DNA of 64,000 nt from an uncultured Gemmatimonadales bacterium (GTDB lineage Bacteria; Gemmatimonadota; Gemmatimonadetes; Palauibacterales; Palauibacteraceae): assembly GCA_963783385.1 (NCBI GenBank), contig CAWANJ010000003.1, positions 64,001 through 128,000 on the forward strand. The letters are read 5' to 3'. The position numbers and the translations under genes are program-made. Of the stretch, positions 58,049 through 64,000 are shown piece by piece. How positions within the stretch are numbered: position 1 is the stretch's first letter; every line of letters begins with the position of its first letter. The notes below the pieces were generated by a model. It was not told the DNA's origin, searched no databases, and saw nothing but the letters and a program-made list of their open reading frames with translations.

Positions 58049-59043
58049 AGGCCCATTGGAAGCGGTGGATCGTGTGGGCTCTCGTGCTCGGGGGGCTCGC
58101 CCTGGCCGCCCGCGCCATGCAGCACTTTCCATGGAGCCAGGTATGGGGCACGCTGGCCGGAGCCAGGCCCGGCTGGATCGCCGTCTCCACGGTTCTGGCG
58201 GTGCTCTCCCTGCTCGCGAAGGGAGGGGGCTGGCACCTCCTCATGACCGGAGGCCGCGCGGCCGGGCTCCGCGAGTCCGAGCGGGCCCACATGCTGGGCG
58301 CGGCGGCCATGGCTCTGACCGTTTCGGTGGGCGCGGAGGCCGTGCGGGTGGGCGCGGTGGTCCCGCGGCTCGGCGTTCCGGTCGGCCGCGCGGTGGCCGC
58401 CGCGGCCTGGTCCAGGATCGCCGAGACGATCTCCCTGGTCCTCCTGCTGCTTCCGGCCGCCCTCCTCACGATGCCGCCGGACTTCCAGCACCTCCGCCTT
58501 CCGGCTATCGCGCTGTCGGTGGTGGCCATGGTCGTGGTGGCGCTCCTGCTCGCGCCCGGGCTCCGGCGCCGGCTCCTGCTTCCGGCGCTCCTCAGGAAGT
58601 TCCCGGAACGCTGGAGGGAGCGGGTCGGCGAGGTGGCGTCCGTGGGTGGCGGGCGGCCCATGAGCGAGGCACTGGCTCTGGCCATGCTGAACTGGCTGCT
58701 GCAGTGGGGTTCCTACGACGCGGGCATGCTCGCCGTGGGAATCCACGTCCCCCTGGCCGCCTCCCTGGCGGTGATCGTCGCCGTGAACCTGGGAGGGCTC
58801 TTCCACCTCACGCCGGGCAACGTCGGAGTCCTGCAGGCGGGAACGGTCCTGGTCCTCGGCGCGTTCGGCGTGGCGGCGGCGGACGCGCTGGCCGCCGGTC
58901 TCCTGCTGCAGGCGGTGCAGACGCTGCCGCCCATCCTCATCGGGGTGGCGCTGGTCGGCCGTCCATGGAAGGTTCTGCGGGAGTTCGGGTCCGCGGACGG
59001 GGACGGCGATGCCTCGAGCTCCGGCCCTGTCGGTGTGCTGTAG
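58045..59043 (+). CDS. Lysylphosphatidylglycerol-synthase TM / UPF0104 flippase-like membrane protein
   Basis: Multi-TM; G.EAVR, TPGNVGV.Q, FGV....ALA; TTGA overlap. Confidence 0.8.
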   Translation: MKAHWKRWIVWALVLGGLALAARAMQHFPWSQVWGTLAGARPGWIAVSTVLAVLSLLAKGGGWHLLMTGGRAAGLRESERAHMLGAAAMALTVSVGAEAVRVGAVVPRLGVPVGRAVAAAAWSRIAETISLVLLLLPAALLTMPPDFQHLRLPAIALSVVAMVVVALLLAPGLRRRLLLPALLRKFPERWRERVGEVASVGGGRPMSEALALAMLNWLLQWGSYDAGMLAVGIHVPLAASLAVIVAVNLGGLFHLTPGNVGVLQAGTVLVLGAFGVAAADALAAGLLLQAVQTLPPILIGVALVGRPWKVLREFGSADGDGDASSSGPVGVL

Positions 59044-59085
59044 CCGCTCCGGGGACCGGATCCGTCCGAACGTCGCGTTACGGCC

Positions 59086-59113
59086 TTGCCGCGCACGTCT
59101 ACAACTGTAATAC
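59086..59113 (+). promoter_or_regulatory. BlaI/CopY-type operator 3 with putative -35 TTGCCG
   Basis: ACGTCTACAACTGTAATAC (59095-59113) contains a perfect TACA-AC-TGTA box upstream of tolC. Confidence 0.75.
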
Positions 59114-59187
59114 TCGTGCCGTGGTCGGCCGCAGGCGGGACGGGTGACAATCGGCGCATCGGCGCTGTCACGCTCGAAGGGGGACCG

Positions 59188-60501
59188 ATGAGGATCGCCG
59201 CGCTGTTCGCGCTCGCGGGGTGGCTGATCCTCGTCCCGGTCCCCGGCGCGGCGCAGGGGGGGACCCGGGCGAGGACGACCCCCGACTCGATCGGGGAATC
59301 GGGGCCGGCCGACACCCTGACCCTCGACCAGGCGCTGGCCGAAGCGCGCGCCGCCAACGCCCGGCTTCCGATCGCGCGCCTGGCCCTGCAGCAGTCGCTG
59401 GACCGGCTGCGCCAGGCCCGTGGATCCCTGTGGCCCCGGCTGTCGCTGGGTGGGGACTTGCACCCCGGCACGCCCCGCACCTACGAGAGCAGCGACGCCA
59501 GGCTGCAGGTGGTGGCCTACGCGCCGCTGTACGAAGGGGGCGCGCTGCGGGCCGCCGTCGGGGCCGAGCGGGCCCGGACGCGGGCGGCGCGCGCCGACGT
59601 GCGCGTCGCGGTCAAGGACGTCGAGTTCGCGGTCCGGGCGGACTACGCACAGTACCTGCGGGACAAGCGGGAGGTCGTCCTCCAACGCAGCGGCGTGGAG
59701 CGCCTGGAGCGCTACCTGGCGGAGGTCCAGTCGCGCCATGCCTCGGGCCAGGGCGTGGGCGCCGACGTCGTGAAGACGCGGGCGCAGCTCCTCCAGGGGC
59801 GCGCCGACCTGGATGCGGCCGAACACGCCCTGACGGAGATGCGCATGGAGCTGAACGACGTGCTCGGACGCGACCCGGACGCCCCCCTGGCGCTGGCGCC
59901 GTTGCCGCGGCCTTCGACGCCCGTCCCGGACACGACTCTGACGCCGTGGACCCTGACGCCCGACGTGCGGAGCGCCCTTGCATCGGTGAGCGCTGCCGAA
60001 GCCGATCTGTCGGGGGCGCACTCCCTTCGGCTCCCCCACCTGGACCTGAGCGTGGCGGGTGGCGGCCAGGCGGCCCTGGTGGATCCGGCGCCCGCCCTCA
60101 TGAACGACGGGCGCGGCTGGGGAGTGGAGGCCATGCTCTCCCTGTCCCTGCCGCTGTGGAGCCACGGCGTGTACAGCGGGCGGGTCGACGAGGCCCGGGA
60201 CGCGCTGGCGCAGTCGCGTCAGGTCGTCGAGGCCACGCGCCGTGCCGCTCGCCTCGAGTACGACCGCTCGTCCGCCCTCCTGCGCGCCCGCTACCACGAG
60301 ATCCAGATTCGCGAGCAGGCCCTCGAGTCGGCCCGGGACGCCTACCTGCAGTCCGAGAGCGTGTACCGGGGCGGATCGGGGAGCGCCCTGGATGTCCTCG
60401 ACGCTTACCGCACGTGGCTGGCGGCGGGTCAGGCTCACGAGAATGCCGTGCTGGACTACCGCGTGGCCCGGGCCCGCGTGCTGCGCTGGGGGGCCCCGTG
60501 A
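59188..60501 (+). CDS. TolC family outer-membrane efflux protein
   Basis: Signal peptide, LTLDQAL..A...N, duplicated OEP halves, YRGG.GS.LDVLDA. Confidence 0.9.
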   Translation: MRIAALFALAGWLILVPVPGAAQGGTRARTTPDSIGESGPADTLTLDQALAEARAANARLPIARLALQQSLDRLRQARGSLWPRLSLGGDLHPGTPRTYESSDARLQVVAYAPLYEGGALRAAVGAERARTRAARADVRVAVKDVEFAVRADYAQYLRDKREVVLQRSGVERLERYLAEVQSRHASGQGVGADVVKTRAQLLQGRADLDAAEHALTEMRMELNDVLGRDPDAPLALAPLPRPSTPVPDTTLTPWTLTPDVRSALASVSAAEADLSGAHSLRLPHLDLSVAGGGQAALVDPAPALMNDGRGWGVEAMLSLSLPLWSHGVYSGRVDEARDALAQSRQVVEATRRAARLEYDRSSALLRARYHEIQIREQALESARDAYLQSESVYRGGSGSALDVLDAYRTWLAAGQAHENAVLDYRVARARVLRWGAP

Positions 60502-61571
60502 GCGGGCGGCGCTGGCCGGGCGGGGCTTCCGGACCCGGCGTCTCGGGACGGCCACGCCCGTTCATGACGGCCGTCGTCCTCGGGCTCGTGGCGGCGGGGC
60601 CGGCCGCGTGTGGGGGCGGAAGCGGGGCGAGCGCCGCCGCGGACTCGGCGTCGGCCGGGACGCCCTCCGCGATGGGCACGGCCGCCGACTCGTCGGCGAC
60701 GCCGGTCCAGGTCGATACGGTCGCCGTTCGGGACATGGAGGAGAGCGTCGGGGCGCCGGGCGAGACCCGGGCCCTCCGCGAGACGCGCGTCCGCGCCCCG
60801 TTCACGGGTCGCCTCACGACGCTATCGGTGATGGACGGCGATCCCGTGCGGGCCGGTGACACGGTGGGGGCGGTGGTGTCCCGGAACAGCGAGGCGGCGC
60901 TCGAAGGCGCCCGGGCCATGCTGGCCGACGCGAGGACGGCCCCGGACAGTGCCGACGCGGAGCGGGCCCTGGAGCTCGCCCGAGGCGGCCTCGTGCGCCG
61001 TGCGCTGCGTGCTCCCGCCACGGGGGTGGTGCTCTCCCACGCCGCCAGCGCCGGGGACCTGGTCGACCAGGGAGAGACCCTCGTCACGATCGCCGACCGG
61101 TCGTCGATCGTGTTCGTGGTCCAGCTCGCGCAGTCGGACGTGCCGAAGGTCCGACCGGGCCAGGCGGCGCGCATCCAACTGACCGCCGCGGCCGAACCCC
61201 TCCCGGGGAGAGTCCACGACATTCTCCCGGCGGCCTCGAGCGGCACGTTGAGCGTGCCGGTGCGGATCGATTTCGCCGGCGGACGAGCGCCGGTCGCGAC
61301 GGGCCTGTTCGGCCAGGCGTCCATCGTCGTCGCCGTCCGCAGGCAGGCGACCGTCGTCCCCGCGGCCGCGGTCCTGCGCGACGACGTGTACGGGACGACG
61401 AAGGTGGCGACGGTGTCCGGCGGCCGGGCCATCTGGGTGCAGGTGCGCACGGGGCTCCAGCGCGGCGACACGGTCCAGATCGAGTCGCCGCATCTGGCGG
61501 TCGGCAGCCGGGTGATCGTCTCCGGGCAGGTGGGCCTGCCCGACAGCACCCGGGTGCGGATCCAGCCGTGA
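60498..61571 (+). CDS. RND efflux periplasmic adaptor (MFP) lipoprotein
   Basis: Lipobox-like PAAC, RAPFTGRL...V.DGD.V..GD, LRAPATGVV, VPAAAV. Confidence 0.9.
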   Translation: MSGRRWPGGASGPGVSGRPRPFMTAVVLGLVAAGPAACGGGSGASAAADSASAGTPSAMGTAADSSATPVQVDTVAVRDMEESVGAPGETRALRETRVRAPFTGRLTTLSVMDGDPVRAGDTVGAVVSRNSEAALEGARAMLADARTAPDSADAERALELARGGLVRRALRAPATGVVLSHAASAGDLVDQGETLVTIADRSSIVFVVQLAQSDVPKVRPGQAARIQLTAAAEPLPGRVHDILPAASSGTLSVPVRIDFAGGRAPVATGLFGQASIVVAVRRQATVVPAAAVLRDDVYGTTKVATVSGGRAIWVQVRTGLQRGDTVQIESPHLAVGSRVIVSGQVGLPDSTRVRIQP

Positions 61572-64000
61572 ACCTGCTGTCCAGCGCACGGCGACGGGCC
61601 GCGGCCATCCTGGGCCTGGTCGTGGTGCTCGGCGCGGCCGGGGTCTACGAGGCCACGCGACTTCCGTCCTCGATCTTCCCGTCCGTCACCTTCCCGATCG
61701 TCAAGGTCATCGCGGACGCGGGCGAGGAGCCCGCGGCGCGCATGATGCCGACCGTGACGCGCCCCCTGGAAGAGGCCATTCACCGGGTCCCGGGCGTGCG
61801 CCTGGTGCGGTCGACCACCTCGCGCGGCTCCAGCGAGATCTCGGCGCAGTTCGCGTGGGGCACGGACATGCAGACGGCCCTGCAGCGCACCCAGGCCGAG
61901 ACCCAGCGCATTCGCCCCGACCTGCCGCCCGGCACCCGGATCGACGTCGAGTGGATGAACACGGCGATCTTCCCGATCATGGGGTACGCCCTCACCTCCG
62001 ACACGCGCTCGCAGGCCTACCTTCGCCAGCTGGCCGAATACACGCTCAAGCCGGCCCTCATCCGGATTCCGGGCGTCTCCCAGGTCCAGATCCAGGGGGG
62101 CCGACAGCGCGAATTCCAGGTGTGGCTGGATCCGGCGGCCCTGCAGTCCAGGAATCTGGCCCCTTCGGACGTGGTCGCGGCGATCCAGGCGGACGACGAC
62201 GTCCTGTCGGCGGGCCTCATCGAGCAGAATCACGAGCTGTACCTGACGCTCGTGGATGGCAGGGTGCACGGTCTCGATGCGCTGTCGCACATCTCGGTGC
62301 CCGTGCCCGGAGGGCCTCCCGCGACCCTGGCGGACCTCGGGCACGTGGACGTGGCCAACGAGGTCTCCTACATCCGAACCACGGCCGGTGGACAACCCGG
62401 CCGTCCTCGTGAACATCGTCCGCCAGCCCAGCGCCAACACGGTGGCCATCGCGCAGGGGATCGGGCAACTGCTCGAGCAGCGTCCCGACCTGATTCCCGC
62501 GGGCGTCCGTTGGACGACGTTCTACGATCAGGCGCGCTTCGTGTCGAACTCGGTGGGGGGGACGCGGGACGCGATCTTGATCGGGGTCCTGCTCGCCGCC
62601 CTCGTGCTCCTCGTCTTCCTGCGGAGCTTCCGGCTCACGGCCATCGCGGTGGCCGCCCTGCCGGCCACCGTGGCCGTGGTGGGGCTGGCGCTGGGCGCCA
62701 CCGGGCAGACGGTCAACCTCATGACCCTCTCCGGGATCGCGGCCGCGCTGGGCCTGATCGCCGATGACGCGATCGTGGTCATCGAGAACATCGAGCGCCA
62801 CCACCGGCCGGGCTCGGAAGGGGACCCCGCGGAGAAGGGCACCCGGCAGATCCTCCCCGCGCTGGTCGGCTCCAGCCTGTCGACGACGGTCATCCTCCTG
62901 CCGTTCGCTCTGCTCACGGGCGTGGTGGGCGCCTTCTTCAAGCCGCTGGCCCTCACCATGGCGCTGGCCCTGGCCGTCTCCTTCTTCATCGCCGCGTTCG
63001 TGGTGCCCGTACTGGCGAGCCGCTTCGGGTTCCGGGGTCGCCATGCCACCGGCCGCGCAGACGGGGGCCGCGACGGACTGGCTTCGGAAGGGCATCCCGG
63101 ATCCGCTGCGCGAGGCGCTGCGTGGGACGGCCGCCGCGGCGGGGCGCGGCTACGATCACGTGGCGCGCTTCTTCGTGGATCACGGCGCGGTGAGCGTGGC
63201 GTTGCTCCTCGCGCTGATGGCCGTCGCGTATCAGCTGTACCGGGGGATCGGCACCGACTTCCTGCCCACGATGGACGAGGGCTCGATCATCCTGGACTAC
63301 TGGACGCCGCCGGGCACGTCCCTGACCGAGACGAACCGGATGCTGGACGACGCGGAGAAGGTGATCCTCTCCATCCCGGACGTCTCCAGCTATTCGCGCC
63401 GCACGGGTACGCAGCTGGGCTTCTTCATCACCGAGCCCAACCGCGGCGATTACGTCATCAACCTCAAGCCGCGCAGACAACGGCGGCCGATCGACGAGGT
63501 GATGAGCGAGCTGCGGCGCCGCATCGCCCGCGTGGAGCCCGCGATCCACACCGACTTCGGACAGCTCCTCGAGGACAACATCGGGGACCTGACCGGAGGT
63601 ACGCCGCAGCCCATCGACATCAAGATCTTCGGTGACGATCAGCAGGTGCTGCAGCAGAAGGCGCGCAAGATCGCCAGCGTCATCTCGGGCGTACGGGGCG
63701 TGGAGGACGTGTTCGATGGGGTGGTGATCGCCGGCCCGGCCCTCCGGATCCGGGTGGACCCGGTGGCGGCCGCCCGCTACGGCCTCACCACGCAGCAGAT
63801 CCACTCGGAGGTGGCCCCTGCCGTGACCGGCTCCGTGGTCGACCAGATCCGGATCGGCGACCGCGTGTACGACCTCAGGGTACTCCGGAAGGATGGCGCG
63901 CCTCTCCAGGACTTGAGGATCCGCACCGCGTCGGGCGGCCTCATTCCCCTGTCCACCGTGGCCACCGTGTCGACCGGCAAGCCGGAGACCGAGATCGACC
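61568..64000 (+). CDS. RND efflux permease (CusA/CzcA-like AcrB family), frameshifted near 62395 and 63100-63160; runs off window
   Basis: VTRPLEEA, DDAIVVIEN, GAFFKPLALTM, FLPTMDEG, IKIFG. Confidence 0.9.

Noticed and set aside
1-64000. CRISPR arrays, IS elements, prophage, rRNA or anti-phage defence genes
   Set aside because: I saw no regularly spaced repeats and no transposase, integrase, phage or defence-type motifs on reading both strands.

Overview
Very GC-rich (visually ~70%+) bacterial chromosomal segment with about 55 genes. Gene families suggest Gemmatimonadota, but this is inference only. Many single-base frameshifts in otherwise intact genes point to a long-read or MAG assembly with indel errors. 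From left to right: (i) a minus-strand anaerobic energy operon, korA-korB-hypothetical-rnfB-giant PFOR with fused ferredoxin-rnfC, running off the left edge; (ii) two small paralogous 5-Cys proteins and a recurring TGGGGAAAnnCCCCA palindrome in nearby promoters; (iii) a serine hydrolase, a methyltransferase, DUF1622, a PCM-erythromycin-esterase fusion, ackA, cfa and a desaturase; (iv) a YaiO/HEAT/GT2 polysaccharide module divergent from a membrane EAL protein; (v) a Rieske ferredoxin with a fatty-acid hydroxylase, purEK, an esterase, a ring-cleaving dioxygenase, ftcD and an rRNA m5C methyltransferase; (vi) an SBP-histidine kinase-sigma54 regulator module, followed by twin palindromic enhancers and a -24/-12 promoter driving a TPR lipoprotein; (vii) SRAP, DUF819, a PilX-like protein, and fluoride riboswitch-crcB-DUF190; (viii) a second EAL paralog and a peroxiredoxin; (ix) an 11-kb BlaI/BlaR1-type regulon marked by three near-identical TACA-nn-YGTA operators. 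That regulon covers a fused Cache-like/PepSY/YncE protein, a GT2, a polysaccharide deacetylase, a flippase-like membrane protein and a TolC-MFP-RND pump, and is the best candidate for an undescribed system. No rRNA, complete tRNA, CRISPR array, IS or integrase was seen.
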